From Clostridia bacterium (GTDB lineage: Bacteria > Bacillota > Clostridia > UBA1381 > UBA9506), in NCBI GenBank assembly GCA_017396465.1, contig JAFQLU010000131.1, positions 7,065 to 71,064 of the forward strand: 64,000 nt of DNA, read 5' to 3'. A program made the position numbers and the translations under genes. Below, piece by piece: positions 9,664-19,838 of the stretch; the first letter of the stretch is position 1; the number at the start of each line of letters is the position of its first letter. A model generated the notes under the pieces. It saw nothing but the letters and a program-made list of their open reading frames with translations, was not told the DNA's origin and made no database searches.

Positions 9664-11727
9664 TTATTTATTTACGGATTTGGTTTTGGTGCTTTTTGTA
9701 CTTTTTGCACTCTTTGCAGCTTTTTCGCTTTTCGCGGTTTTTGCAGTTTTTGCCGGTTTGACCTCTTTCACTGTTTTTGCGCTTTTCACGGTTTTTGCAG
9801 GCTTGGCTTCTTTTGCGGCTTTGACCTCTTTTGCCGGCTCTGCTTTCGGCGTAGCTGCACGCGGTTTCTTCTTATAATAATAGGTGGTGGAGAAGGGCGG
9901 CAGCTTTAAGGAAATATGATATTTCTGCCCGTGCATCTCGCCGGACTTTGCCGTTACCTTTCCGTTCACAATGCCGCTTCCGCCAAAGTCCTCACTGTCG
10001 CTGGAGAACACTTCGGTGTATACGCCGCGGTTGGGTACGCCGATTTTATAATCATCGTGATACACAGAGGAGAAGTTGGACACAGCCAGCACCATGTTGC
10101 CCTCTTTGTCTCTGCGGAAGAATGCTAAAACGTTATTGATGTTGTCATCCACGTCTGCCCATTCAAAGCCTTCCCAGGAAACGTCCAGCTCCCACATTGC
10201 GGGAGTGGCGGCGTAGAATTTGCAGAGTGCCTTGGTGAAATTCTGCTGTTTTTTGTGGTTATCGTAGGCAAGCAGGCTCCAATCTAGCTCCTGCTCCTCG
10301 TTCCACTCAATAAACTGCCCGAACTCTGCGCCCATAAAGAGCAGCTTTTTGCCCGGATGCGCATACATGTATCCCAGATATGCGCGCAAGTTTGCAAATT
10401 TTGCATCATATTCTCCCGGCATCTTGGACAGAAGAGAACGCTTGCCGTGCACCACCTCATCGTGAGACAGAGGGAGAATAAAGTTCTCGGAAAATGCGTA
10501 TGTCATGGAGAAGGTGAGATTGTTGTGCACACCTTTCCGGAAGAAAGGATCCTGCCTCATATAGAGGAGAGAATCGTTCATCCAGCCCATGTTCCATTTA
10601 AAGTTAAAGCCTAAGCCGCCCACATCAACGGGATAAGTGATGAGAGGCCACGCCGTGGATTCTTCGGCAATCATCATCACGTCGGGGAAGGCTTCAAATA
10701 CACGGGTGTTCAGTTTCTGGAGAAAATCCTTGGCTTCCATGTTACCGTTGCCGCCGTATTCGTTGGGTGTCCATTCGCCCTGCTTCTTTCCGTAGTCCAA
10801 ATAGAGCATGGAAGCAACGGCGTCCACACGCAAACCGTCGATATGATATTTTTCCAGCCAGTAGCAGGCGTTGGAAATGAGGAAGGAACGGACTTCGTTT
10901 TTACTGTAATCAAAAATCCGTGTGCCCCAATCGGGGTGCTCCCGCTTTTTGGGGTCGGAATACTCATAAAGGTAGGAACCGTCAAATTCCATCAATCCGT
11001 GTGCATCCTTGGGAAAATGCGCAGGCACCCAGTCCAATATCACGCCGATGCCGGCTCTGTGACATTTGTCCACAAACGCCATAAAATCTTTGGGAGTGCC
11101 ATATCTGGAGGTGGGAGCAAAATATCCCGTTACCTGATATCCCCAGGACTTATCGTAAGGATATTCGCTGATGGGCATCAGCTCAATATGGGTAAATCCC
11201 ATGTCTTTCACATAGGGAATGATTTCGTCCGCCATTTTTGCGTAGCTGAACATGTTGCCGTCTTCATACCGGCGCCAGGAGCCGAAATGAAGCTCGTATA
11301 TATTCATAGGCTTGTCGAAGGGATTTCCCTCACGGGCAGACATCCATTTCTGGTCTTTCCATACATAGCCCTCTAAGTTATACACCTTGGATGCGGTTCC
11401 GGGACGAAGCTCTGTGTGAACACCGTAAGGATCGGCTTTCATCAGAATGTCGCCACTTTGGGATTCAATCACGTATTTATATGCGTCAAACTCTTTCACG
11501 CCCTGAATGATGCATTCGTAAATACCGCCCTGGGTGATGCGAAAAGCCTCGTGTGCGCGCTCTTTCCAGTTGCAGAAATCGCCGGTAACATAAACGGCCT
11601 TGGCATTGGGCGCCCACACGCGGAAAGCGCAGGTATCTTCTTCTATAAAATGTGCACCTAAATAGTCGTGTGCACAGGAATTGGTTCCTTCGTGGAAATA
11701 ATATTCCGCTAAGCTGTTGTCGTGCAT
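9664..11727 (-). CDS. glgB: 1,4-alpha-glucan branching enzyme with Lys/Ala-rich C-terminal tail
   Basis: [46 protein letters not shown]. Confidence 0.97.
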   Translation of the reverse strand: MHDNSLAEYYFHEGTNSCAHDYLGAHFIEEDTCAFRVWAPNAKAVYVTGDFCNWKERAHEAFRITQGGIYECIIQGVKEFDAYKYVIESQSGDILMKADPYGVHTELRPGTASKVYNLEGYVWKDQKWMSAREGNPFDKPMNIYELHFGSWRRYEDGNMFSYAKMADEIIPYVKDMGFTHIELMPISEYPYDKSWGYQVTGYFAPTSRYGTPKDFMAFVDKCHRAGIGVILDWVPAHFPKDAHGLMEFDGSYLYEYSDPKKREHPDWGTRIFDYSKNEVRSFLISNACYWLEKYHIDGLRVDAVASMLYLDYGKKQGEWTPNEYGGNGNMEAKDFLQKLNTRVFEAFPDVMMIAEESTAWPLITYPVDVGGLGFNFKWNMGWMNDSLLYMRQDPFFRKGVHNNLTFSMTYAFSENFILPLSHDEVVHGKRSLLSKMPGEYDAKFANLRAYLGYMYAHPGKKLLFMGAEFGQFIEWNEEQELDWSLLAYDNHKKQQNFTKALCKFYAATPAMWELDVSWEGFEWADVDDNINNVLAFFRRDKEGNMVLAVSNFSSVYHDDYKIGVPNRGVYTEVFSSDSEDFGGSGIVNGKVTAKSGEMHGQKYHISLKLPPFSTTYYYKKKPRAATPKAEPAKEVKAAKEAKPAKTVKSAKTVKEVKPAKTAKTAKSEKAAKSAKSTKSTKTKSVNK

Positions 11728-11790
11728 AATGATTCCTCCGTTTGTAATGCAAAACAGGAAAAAGGTAAAATTTCCCTACTTATATCTTAT

Positions 11791-11819
11791 AGTATAGCAC
11801 ATTGAAAATGAAAATACAA
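11791..11819 (-). promoter_or_regulatory. Sigma-A promoter of the glg operon
   Basis: TTGTAT-17bp-TATACT with extended -10 TG, in an AT-rich divergent intergenic region. Confidence 0.55.
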
Positions 11820-11991
11820 GGGATTTTTGTTAAAAATTTATAATAAAAATGTAAAAAATGATAAATTTTTATCAAAAATGAACAGTTAAATAATTTTTCA
11901 AAGCAAATTCTATCGCATATAAGGTTGACAAAACGGCATAATATATAGTATTCTTTTACCATAGAAATTTTATCCCGGAGTTAGAAGAATA

Positions 11992-13830
11992 TTGGAAAGA
12001 ATACGATTTGACACAACAAATAAAATTTATAAGAATCCCTTTGGTGCATTGCCGACGGATTGCATATGCACCTTCACGGTTGATGTTTTAAAGGAAGAAG
12101 CGCCGGAAACGGTTCAGCTTTCCTACCGTGCAGACGGAACGAGTGATTCGGTTTATATCGATATGAATTATGTCGGCGAGCAGGAAGAATATCTGCGGTT
12201 TTCCTGCGATGTTTCTTTTGCCGAGAGCGGTCTCTATTTTTATCGGTTTCAGTTTTCCTGTCCCGATGGCATCCGGTTCGTAGGAAAAAAGGACGGAAAA
12301 GCTTATATCGAGGATTGGCTGGATGAATGGCAGCTCACGGTTTATGACAAAAACTTTCAAACGCCTGCCTGGGCAAAGGGTGCCACCATGTATCAGATTT
12401 TCCCCGACCGTTTTTGCCGTAGTAGCAGTTATATGCCGCAAAATGCAAAAAATGAGCGGAAAATACATGAAAACTGGTTCGACGTGCCGGACTTTATTTA
12501 TGATAACCCCGATTATAAAGGAAACGATTATTTCTGCGGCAACTTAAAGGGCATCTGCGAAAGACTTCCTTATATAAAAGAGCTTGGCGTGGATGTGATA
12601 TATTTAAATCCCGTGTTTGAAAGCCCGGAGAATCATCGGTACAGTACGGGAAACTATGAAAACATCGATCCCTATCTCGGTACGAATGAAGATTTTGAAG
12701 AGCTTTGCCAAAAGGCAAAGGACATGGGCATCCGCGTGATTTTAGACGGCGTGTTCAGCCACACCGGTGCCGACAGTATCTACTTTAATAAATACGGCCA
12801 TTACGACAGCATTGGCGCCTGTCAGGGGGAAGCATCTCCTTATTATCATTGGTATAGCTTCAACGATTCTGATGCAGGCTACGAGTGCTGGTGGGGATTT
12901 GAGAACCTGCCCAATGTAAACGAAGCCGCACCGGATTATCTGCAGTTTATCACCGGCGAAAAAGGCGTTTTAGAGCAGTGGCAAAACCGCGGTGCCTCCG
13001 GCTGGCGATTGGATGTGGCGGATGAATTGCCCGATGTATTTATCGATGCCCTTCGAAGCCGTGTGAAGCAGACGGACAGCGACGCCCTCATCATCGGCGA
13101 GGTGTGGGAGGATGCCACCAATAAGTTTGCTTACGGCGAGCGCAGACGGTATCTGCTTGGTCAGCAATTAGACAGCGTGATGAACTATCCGTGGAGAACT
13201 GCCATCATCGATTTTGTAAAATGGGGTCATGCGGAAGGTTTTAAAGAGCAGGTGCTCTCCATTATGGAAAACTATCCGACTCCCGTTTTAGATTGCCTGA
13301 TGAATATTTTATCCACCCATGACACGGAGCGAATCATCAATGTGCTGGGCGTAGACCATGAGGTGCCCCACAGTGAGGCGGCAGGGTATTGTCTGACGGA
13401 GGAGGAATATAAAAGAGGTGCAGAAGGACTCCGAAAAGCGGCATTTCTGCAGTTTGTTCTTCCCGGTGTTCCCAGTATCTATTACGGAGATGAGGTGGGT
13501 CTGACCGGTTTCCGTGATCCCTATTGCCGCATGGGGTACCCTTACGGAAAAGAAGATGAAGCGCTTCTTTCCTATTTTAAAGCGCTGGGTGATTTGCGGA
13601 AAACATACCGTCAGGATTTTGTATCCCCGGTGGAGGAGCTTACTGCAATTGGCGACACGGTTTCATTTGTCCGCGGAGACCTTTTCTTCGTGGCAAATAT
13701 GGGAAAATGTGACGAAAATGTGAAAATGAAATCGGATTTTGTAACAATTTTCGGATGCGAAAATGTGAAAATTCAAGGAGAAATGTTAACAATTCCCGCC
13801 GGAGTATTCGGCGTTTTACGCAAGAAATGA
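11992..13830 (+). CDS. GH13 neopullulanase/amylopullulanase-like glycoside hydrolase
   Basis: YQIFPDRF, IYLNPVF, NHRY, DGVFSHTG, GWRLDVADE, GEVWEDA, STHDTER. Confidence 0.92.
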   Translation: MERIRFDTTNKIYKNPFGALPTDCICTFTVDVLKEEAPETVQLSYRADGTSDSVYIDMNYVGEQEEYLRFSCDVSFAESGLYFYRFQFSCPDGIRFVGKKDGKAYIEDWLDEWQLTVYDKNFQTPAWAKGATMYQIFPDRFCRSSSYMPQNAKNERKIHENWFDVPDFIYDNPDYKGNDYFCGNLKGICERLPYIKELGVDVIYLNPVFESPENHRYSTGNYENIDPYLGTNEDFEELCQKAKDMGIRVILDGVFSHTGADSIYFNKYGHYDSIGACQGEASPYYHWYSFNDSDAGYECWWGFENLPNVNEAAPDYLQFITGEKGVLEQWQNRGASGWRLDVADELPDVFIDALRSRVKQTDSDALIIGEVWEDATNKFAYGERRRYLLGQQLDSVMNYPWRTAIIDFVKWGHAEGFKEQVLSIMENYPTPVLDCLMNILSTHDTERIINVLGVDHEVPHSEAAGYCLTEEEYKRGAEGLRKAAFLQFVLPGVPSIYYGDEVGLTGFRDPYCRMGYPYGKEDEALLSYFKALGDLRKTYRQDFVSPVEELTAIGDTVSFVRGDLFFVANMGKCDENVKMKSDFVTIFGCENVKIQGEMLTIPAGVFGVLRKK

Positions 13831-13833
13831 TAG

Positions 13834-13873
13834 AAAATATCCCATAAAACCACGTTTTGTGGGATATTTTTTT
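13834..13873 (+). terminator. Rho-independent terminator
   Basis: aaaatatcccataaaac-cac-gttttgtgggatatttt followed by T run. Confidence 0.75.
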
Positions 13874-13904
13874 GTGCGTTTACAATAAATTCATAAAAAA
13901 CACC

Positions 13905-13964
13905 TTGATTTTTAGTTAAAAATATTGTATGATATGTGTAACAACTTCGTAATAACTTTGTTAT
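13905..13964 (+). promoter_or_regulatory. Sigma-A promoter followed by three 11-bp-spaced TGTWAH-like direct repeats (WalR-box-like)
   Basis: TTGATT-17bp-TATGAT; tgtaac-aactt-cgtaat-aactt-tgttat at 13937-13964. Confidence 0.5.
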
Positions 13965-14011
13965 GAATTGCATATACTGATATTGAAAAACAAAAATAAA
14001 GGTGGTAAACA

Positions 14012-15451
14012 ATGTTTCAGAACATACGCAATGTAACCTCTGCGAAAACGGAAAAGATTCCTTCGCAGTTCTACAATGCAAATGAAAAAACAGAAAAAAA
14101 TCTTGTAAATGATAATACAAAGGAAAAGAAATCGGAAAGACGTCAGATGAAAATCATGGCGGCTATTTCGGCAGGACTGGTTTTAGCAACAACAACCTGC
14201 GGCGTTTTGGCGGGCGGATACTCTTTGGGTTATACCGTGAAAGTCGACAACACCGTTGTGGGAACCGTGGCTACGAAAAACGAATACTATGAAGTGTTGG
14301 ATGAAGTCAAAACGGAAGTCAAAGATATGGCAGACATGGAGTTTGAAACAGAAGGCGAAGAAAGCTTTCAGGTGGAAATTGTAAGAAGAAGCGAGCTGAC
14401 AGACAAAGAACAGCTGGCGGAAAATTTGAAATCCACACAGGAGGATATGGTAGAAGCAGTTTCTATTTCTGTAGGCGACATGTTTCTTGCGGCGGTTTCC
14501 GAAGAGCATGAGGCTTATAACCTGATTGAAAAGTATCTGACGGGCCTCACAGCAGGAAAAGAAAATGTGACTGCAGAATTTGCAGAGCCGGTTTCCGTTA
14601 CCAAAAGCTTTGTTCCGGCGGAAACGGTACAAACGCCTGCGGCAGTTTACGAAACTCTGCTGGTGGGTAAAACCGTGACACACACGGTAGGAAGCGGAGA
14701 AACTGCTGAAAGCATTGCTGCAGTGTATCTTACAACGGCAGAAAGCATATTGGCGGCAAATGATGTAGAGGAAGTAAAAGAAGGCATGAGCCTCACGGTA
14801 TACACCGGCGAACCGCTTTTTGATATCAAAACCGTAGAGCATATCGGCGGCGAAGAGGAAATCCCTTTTGAAACGGTTCAGAAAGAGGATGGCTCTTTAT
14901 ATGAAGGCAGAACTGTGGTAGAAAACGCAGGCGTTCCCGGTGCGCGGTTCCGTGATGCATATATCACAAAAATCAATGGCGAAATCGTAGAAGAAAATGT
15001 GATTACGGATGAAATCATTCGTGAACCTGTCAGTCAGGTGGAACGCATCGGTACCAAAGAAGCACCCCCTTCTGTTGGTACGGGAAGCTTTGCTATGCCT
15101 ACCAGCGGTAAACTGACCTCTCCTTACGGCGCAAGATGGGGCAGAACCCATGCCGGTATTGATATCGGCGCCAAGACGGGAACACCCATCTATGCGGCAG
15201 ACAACGGAATCGTTACCGTGTCCGAGCATAAAAATAACGGCTACGGTAAAATCGTAACCATTGACCATGGAAATGGCTTTGTGACCAATTATGCTCATTG
15301 CTCCGAGCTTTTGGTAAATGTTGGCGATGTGGTTGCAAAAGGCGACCTGATTGCCAAAGTGGGCAACACCGGCAGAAGCACCGGTCCGCACCTGCACTTT
15401 GAAATCCGATTGGAGGGCACGGCGCAGAACCCGATGAATTATGTGAAATAA
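14012..15451 (+). CDS. Membrane-anchored LysM/G5/M23 peptidoglycan endopeptidase
   Basis: N-terminal hydrophobic segment, LysM (HTVGSGETAESIA), G5-like segment, HAGID and STGPHLHFE. Confidence 0.92.
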   Translation: MFQNIRNVTSAKTEKIPSQFYNANEKTEKNLVNDNTKEKKSERRQMKIMAAISAGLVLATTTCGVLAGGYSLGYTVKVDNTVVGTVATKNEYYEVLDEVKTEVKDMADMEFETEGEESFQVEIVRRSELTDKEQLAENLKSTQEDMVEAVSISVGDMFLAAVSEEHEAYNLIEKYLTGLTAGKENVTAEFAEPVSVTKSFVPAETVQTPAAVYETLLVGKTVTHTVGSGETAESIAAVYLTTAESILAANDVEEVKEGMSLTVYTGEPLFDIKTVEHIGGEEEIPFETVQKEDGSLYEGRTVVENAGVPGARFRDAYITKINGEIVEENVITDEIIREPVSQVERIGTKEAPPSVGTGSFAMPTSGKLTSPYGARWGRTHAGIDIGAKTGTPIYAADNGIVTVSEHKNNGYGKIVTIDHGNGFVTNYAHCSELLVNVGDVVAKGDLIAKVGNTGRSTGPHLHFEIRLEGTAQNPMNYVK

Positions 15452-15459
15452 GAAACAAC

Positions 15460-15498
15460 AAAGCAGCGCAGACTCACAATTTGAGTCTGCGCTGCTTT
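15460..15498. terminator. Bidirectional terminator between the M23 gene and spoVM
   Basis: aaagcagcgcagactca-caatt-tgagtctgcgctgcttt perfect 17-bp stem. Confidence 0.85.
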
Positions 15499-15501
15499 AT
15501 T

Positions 15502-15576
15502 TTAGTCCTTTATCTTCAGAACCGCCTTTAAAATTCCTGTAATCACCTTTGGAAACTGCCACACAACAACTTTCAT
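15502..15576 (-). CDS. spoVM: Stage V sporulation protein SpoVM (24 aa)
   Basis: Not in ORF track. MKVVVWQFPKVITGILKAVLKIKD, Pro9-Lys10 then amphipathic helix; AGAAAGGAG RBS; near spoIIE. Confidence 0.8.
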   Translation of the reverse strand: MKVVVWQFPKVITGILKAVLKIKD

Positions 15577-15609
15577 AAAATATGTACTCCTTTCTGCGAT
15601 GAACCCGAA

Positions 15610-15762
15610 TCAGCCGCAAAGCCAGCAAAACAGCAGGAAGAGAAGCAGAACGGCTTCTGTTATCAGCAGGAAAACGGTGGGGAAAATCATACCCGCCAGA
15701 ATGCCGCAAAATAGGGCAGCGGCAATGGGAAACCATATTCTGCAGTAGCATCTGTGCCGCAT
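15610..15762 (-). CDS. Small hydrophobic Cys-containing protein (50 aa) upstream of spoVM
   Basis: Not in ORF track. GGGAGG RBS; MRHRCYCRIWFPIAAALFCGILAGMIFPTVFLLITEAVLLLFLLFCWLCG; two predicted TM helices. Confidence 0.7.
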   Translation of the reverse strand: MRHRCYCRIWFPIAAALFCGILAGMIFPTVFLLITEAVLLLFLLFCWLCG

Positions 15763-15792
15763 ACTGTTGCCTCCCTTACGTTCTTACACTAC

Positions 15793-15818
15793 AGTATATG
15801 ATTTTTTCTGTTTGCTGT
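15793..15818 (-). promoter_or_regulatory. Possible mother-cell (sigma-K/sigma-E-type) promoter for the two small genes
   Basis: AC-16bp-CATATACT on minus strand. Confidence 0.35.
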
Positions 15819-18157
15819 TACATATTTTCCGAAACGGCACAAACAAATACGGTCATATCATCATAAGCTGTTCCGCCTGCTGCATTGAGTGCTTCGGCTA
15901 AAATGCGGTCGGCAAGAGTTTGCGCTGAACCGGTAAATCCTTCTGCCAGAGAGAAAATCTCGTTTTTGTCTGCGGTGTCCAATATATCGGTGATACCGTC
16001 GGAGGCCATGATAAGATAGTCGCCGGACTGCATATACCGCATATCATAGTCGGGTTCTAAGCCATGCATCAACCCTGCAGGGAGAGAAGTGGCGTAAACG
16101 GTTTCTGTTCCGCTCTTCGTTTTAATATAGGAATTGGCAGAACCGCTTTTCACAAATTCCATGGTTCCTGTATATAGGTTAATGATAGCAAGGTCTATGG
16201 TGGCAAAGGTGTCACGGTCGGCGTTCATCATCAGGATATTGTTGATGAGGCGCACGCAGGTTTCTTTGTCAAAGCCGGCAGAAAGCAGGTTTTTGGCAAG
16301 ATTTGTGGTGATGCTGCTTAAAAAATGCGCCTGCTCGCCGCTTCCGCACCCATCGGAGAGTACTAATGCCACTTTTCCGTTTCCGCAGGGAAAGCATAGC
16401 GCGCTGTCTCCGGTGCCGGTGGAATGGGTCTGGGTGGCAGAAGCCGTTGCTATGTCTGTCAGAAATCGCGTTTGCTGGGAGAATTTCAGGTGGCAGATAT
16501 CTGTGCCGCATTCCCGGTTTTCCCGCAGCATGGGAACCTCCAAAACCTCGGAAAGTGCAGAGGCAACCTGCGTGGCGCACACGCGCTTTTCGCCGCAACT
16601 GACGGAATCCATGGTGACAGAAAAGCCGTCTCCTCCGCAAACGGTAATATGGCTTGCAGATATTCCGCGCCGCTCCAGAGCAGATGCAATTCTGCTTTCC
16701 AGCTCCGGCTCAAACTGCAATTCTTCTTTTAAATTGTCCTGCATATTCTGAAGAATCATGGAAACGTTTTTGAATTGCTCCGCAACCAGTCGTTTGCTTT
16801 CAGCCACGCGCCCTGCCCACATCCGGGTGATTTTAAAGGCTTCGTAGTTTTTGTTCAGCTCTGTGACGAAAGCATCCCTGCGGATGCACATATCGGTGAA
16901 CGCTTCGGGGATATCGGCTTTGGCAATGGTGTTTTTCCTCTCCATGATATGAAACATCTGTTCCATGATTTCCATGGTTTCCTTGCGCTCCTTCCGCCAG
17001 CAGAATTGATAGAGACTGCAATTTGCGCAAACAGCGCCGGCGGTGTTGTCAAACACGGCATTGTGGGAATTTATGCTATCCTCCGAAACATCCGCCAACA
17101 CATTTTTTAAAACGGAACCGACGGAATCCATAGCGGAAACTGTATCTGCAATCCGCGTCTCCACCGTTTGGCGAATCCGCTTCTTTGACAAATCTTCTTC
17201 CTTTATTTCAACAGTAAGAACACCGAATTTCCGCAGAAAGCTGTCGGGAATCATAAAAAGAATCAGCGATGCAATTGCCACATATGCCGCCGTGATAATG
17301 CCGTTGGTTTCAGGACACAAAAGAACCGTTGCGGCAAAGCCGGACAGAAGAAAGCTTATAGAAACACCGACTTTTCCGTATCGCTTTGCAAGACCGGAAA
17401 AGAACGAGGCTAGACAATACACGCAAACGGTTTGCGCCGAGTAGCCTCCCGCAAGTCCCAAACATAAACCGAACAAGGCGCCTGCCGGGCAGGATATAGA
17501 GTATCCGCAGGCGTAGCTTAAAGCTAAAATCACGGTGATGGCAGGAATGTGCGCCACCGGAAGCAGTGGCTCTGTTAAAGCAAGGCTCAACACAACGGTG
17601 CCGCAAACAAAAACAAAGCTTACAATTTCCGAGGCTTCCAGCCGGGTGCGTGTTTTCAGCGATGGAACGGAGTCCACGGTTTTCAGATAAGCGATGCCGG
17701 AAAGATATGTCACGCCGCATTCGGACATAAGCATCAGCATATCATAGGCAAAAAAGCCTTCGGCAATCACATAAACAGAACCGTTTAAAAACAGCGCACC
17801 TGCCGGAAGCAGACAGCAAAGCATCCGGCGGTCTGTCAGCTCCCGCTTGAAAATCAAAGCCACCGTCGAAATGATAGCAATGGCACCAATGTATTTTAAG
17901 GCAAAGGTGGGGTAGGCAACGGAGAGTATGCCTGCGAGTGCAAAAACAGGGTAGCTGATTCGCTTCCTTTTAAAAAATAGCGCCGCGTAAAAGGCAATAC
18001 CGAAAGGCGATACTAAATATCCGGCAAAACAGATACGGCACAAAAGAAAAAGACAAACGTTTTCGAAAAGCTCCTGTCGGTTGATTTTAGAAAGAAATGT
18101 TCCGCGGGAGAGCTTCGGCGGCAGCATTCCACCTGCGGTTTCTAATTGTTGTTTCAT
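15818..18157 (-). CDS. spoIIE: Stage II sporulation protein E (membrane PP2C phosphatase)
   Basis: About 10 TM segments (SPFGIAF), CANCSLYQFCW, PP2C motifs GDS, LSDGCGSG, FATID, SDG, DDMT; start moved to MKQQL (AGGAGG RBS). Confidence 0.93.
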   Translation of the reverse strand: MKQQLETAGGMLPPKLSRGTFLSKINRQELFENVCLFLLCRICFAGYLVSPFGIAFYAALFFKRKRISYPVFALAGILSVAYPTFALKYIGAIAIISTVALIFKRELTDRRMLCCLLPAGALFLNGSVYVIAEGFFAYDMLMLMSECGVTYLSGIAYLKTVDSVPSLKTRTRLEASEIVSFVFVCGTVVLSLALTEPLLPVAHIPAITVILALSYACGYSISCPAGALFGLCLGLAGGYSAQTVCVYCLASFFSGLAKRYGKVGVSISFLLSGFAATVLLCPETNGIITAAYVAIASLILFMIPDSFLRKFGVLTVEIKEEDLSKKRIRQTVETRIADTVSAMDSVGSVLKNVLADVSEDSINSHNAVFDNTAGAVCANCSLYQFCWRKERKETMEIMEQMFHIMERKNTIAKADIPEAFTDMCIRRDAFVTELNKNYEAFKITRMWAGRVAESKRLVAEQFKNVSMILQNMQDNLKEELQFEPELESRIASALERRGISASHITVCGGDGFSVTMDSVSCGEKRVCATQVASALSEVLEVPMLRENRECGTDICHLKFSQQTRFLTDIATASATQTHSTGTGDSALCFPCGNGKVALVLSDGCGSGEQAHFLSSITTNLAKNLLSAGFDKETCVRLINNILMMNADRDTFATIDLAIINLYTGTMEFVKSGSANSYIKTKSGTETVYATSLPAGLMHGLEPDYDMRYMQSGDYLIMASDGITDILDTADKNEIFSLAEGFTGSAQTLADRILAEALNAAGGTAYDDMTVFVCAVSENM

Positions 18158-18250
18158 CTTATGTATGTTCCTCCTTCGTAAATTTATTTCCATTATATAC
18201 CAATTTATGGAAGAAAAATGTAAAATATTGGAAATTAAATAAAAAAAGTT

Positions 18251-18349
18251 TTCGACATTTTTTGCGCCTGCCGTATATTTTAGGAGTACAAGATGTAAGG
18301 GCAAAGAAAAACATGCAACATTTCGACATGTTTTTTCAACATTTCGCCA
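18251..18349 (-). promoter_or_regulatory. Spo0A boxes upstream of spoIIE
   Basis: TGTCGAA on minus strand at 18251-18257 and 18322-18328, TGGCGAA at 18343-18349, near-match TGTTGAA at 18335-18341. Confidence 0.75.
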
Positions 18350-18422
18350 TGTTATAAGCCGAAAAAGTATGATATACTACAAATATCAAAAATTTTTGAA
18401 TCTAAACATAAGGAGAACAAAA

Positions 18423-19571
18423 ATGCTAGCTAAAACACCTCCCATGGGATGGAATTCCTGGAACACTTTTGCAAGAGACGTAAATGAAGAAATCGTTTTG
18501 GGCGCGGTTGACGCCTTAGTCGAAAAAGGCTATAAGGATGCAGGCTATGAATATATCGTGATTGACGATTGCTGGTCCTTGAAAGAAAGAGATAACGAAG
18601 GAAAACTGGTTGCAGACCCGGAAAAGTTCCCTCACGGCATGAAATATGTGGCGGATTATGTACATTCCAAGGGCTTGAAATTCGGTATGTATTCCTGCGC
18701 CGGTATTCGTACCTGTGCTGACTACCCCGGCAGCTTCGGTCACGAATACACCGATGCAAAAACCTTTGCAGAGTGGGGCGTAGACTTCTTAAAATATGAC
18801 TATTGTAACTTCCCCGAATTTGCAGATACCAAAAATGCATATCTCACCATGAGCATGGCGCTCAAGGCTTCCGGCAGAGAAATTCTGTTTTCTGCCTGCA
18901 ACTGGGGCGTGGAAGAACCCTGGAAATGGATGCGCTCTGTTGGTGTTCATATGTATCGCTCCACGGGTGATATATTTGATAACTATAAATCCTTTACCGA
19001 TATTATTCACAGCCAGGACGAAAACTTCTGCATGTCTGCTCCCGGTTGCTTCAATGATCCCGATATGCTGATTGTTGGTATGTACGGGAAAGGTCACGTG
19101 GGTGAAGGTCACGGCTATGAGGGCTGTACGGATACAGAGTATGAATCCCATTTTGTTCGTTGGTGCTTATTCAGCGCGCCTTTGATGATTGGCGGCGATA
19201 TCCGTAACATGAGCCCCTTCTGCGAAAAGCTGATGCAGAATAAGGCGCTGATTGCTATCAATCAGGACGAAGAAGCAAGACCGCCTTTTAAAGTGAAAGC
19301 AAATAATTTAGACCCGATGCGCGGCGAAATTTATGTGAAGCATATGTCAAATAACCGCTTTGCCATTGCGTTCTTTAATGACTATGATAAAGACGGTCAA
19401 ATGCTGCTGTTCTTAGAAGCGGCAGGTATTCCTTATCATACCGGCGTGACACTGGATATCACCGATGCGTTAACCGGCGAGCATATCGGCGTCATTAATC
19501 AGGACTTCTTCAAAGCAGAGGTTAAAACGCACGGCTGCAGAATCTTCACAGCGGAGTTGACAACAAGATGA
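18423..19571 (+). CDS. GH27 alpha-galactosidase-family glycoside hydrolase
   Basis: TPPMGWNSWN, IDDCW, GLKFGMYS, WGVDFLKYDYC, NDPDML; no signal peptide; AGGAG RBS. Confidence 0.93.
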   Translation: MLAKTPPMGWNSWNTFARDVNEEIVLGAVDALVEKGYKDAGYEYIVIDDCWSLKERDNEGKLVADPEKFPHGMKYVADYVHSKGLKFGMYSCAGIRTCADYPGSFGHEYTDAKTFAEWGVDFLKYDYCNFPEFADTKNAYLTMSMALKASGREILFSACNWGVEEPWKWMRSVGVHMYRSTGDIFDNYKSFTDIIHSQDENFCMSAPGCFNDPDMLIVGMYGKGHVGEGHGYEGCTDTEYESHFVRWCLFSAPLMIGGDIRNMSPFCEKLMQNKALIAINQDEEARPPFKVKANNLDPMRGEIYVKHMSNNRFAIAFFNDYDKDGQMLLFLEAAGIPYHTGVTLDITDALTGEHIGVINQDFFKAEVKTHGCRIFTAELTTR

Positions 19572-19765
19572 TGGCGGCAACCTGCAAAAAATGTGGCAAA
19601 GAGCTGACGCGGGACGAGATTGGTCTGCACAAAAAGCTGGTGAATCGCGGCTCAACGGAGTTCTGGTGCATCACCTGCCTGGGTGAATATTACCAAATCA
19701 GCGAAGAAGCCTTGCGGAAAAAGATAGAAATTTTTAAAGAACAGGGATGTACCTTGTTTCTGTAA
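19568..19765 (+). CDS. Small CxxC...CxxC zinc-ribbon-like protein
   Basis: CKKC ... CITC ... GCTLF; overlaps the GH27 stop (ATGA coupling). Confidence 0.75.
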   Translation: MMAATCKKCGKELTRDEIGLHKKLVNRGSTEFWCITCLGEYYQISEEALRKKIEIFKEQGCTLFL

Positions 19766-19777
19766 AATAGCATATAC

Positions 19778-19807
19778 AAAGGGGTGCCTTTTTGGGCGCC
19801 TCTTTTT
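19778..19807 (+). terminator. Rho-independent terminator
   Basis: aaaggggtgcct-ttt-gggcgcctcttttt. Confidence 0.6.
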
Positions 19808-19838
19808 ACATATAAAAAGAACAAATAAAGGAGAGAAC

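Noticed and set aside
15497-15751. 84-aa ORF from the track
   Set aside because: No well-placed RBS or recognisable features; the region is better explained by the 50-aa peptide and SpoVM in other frames.
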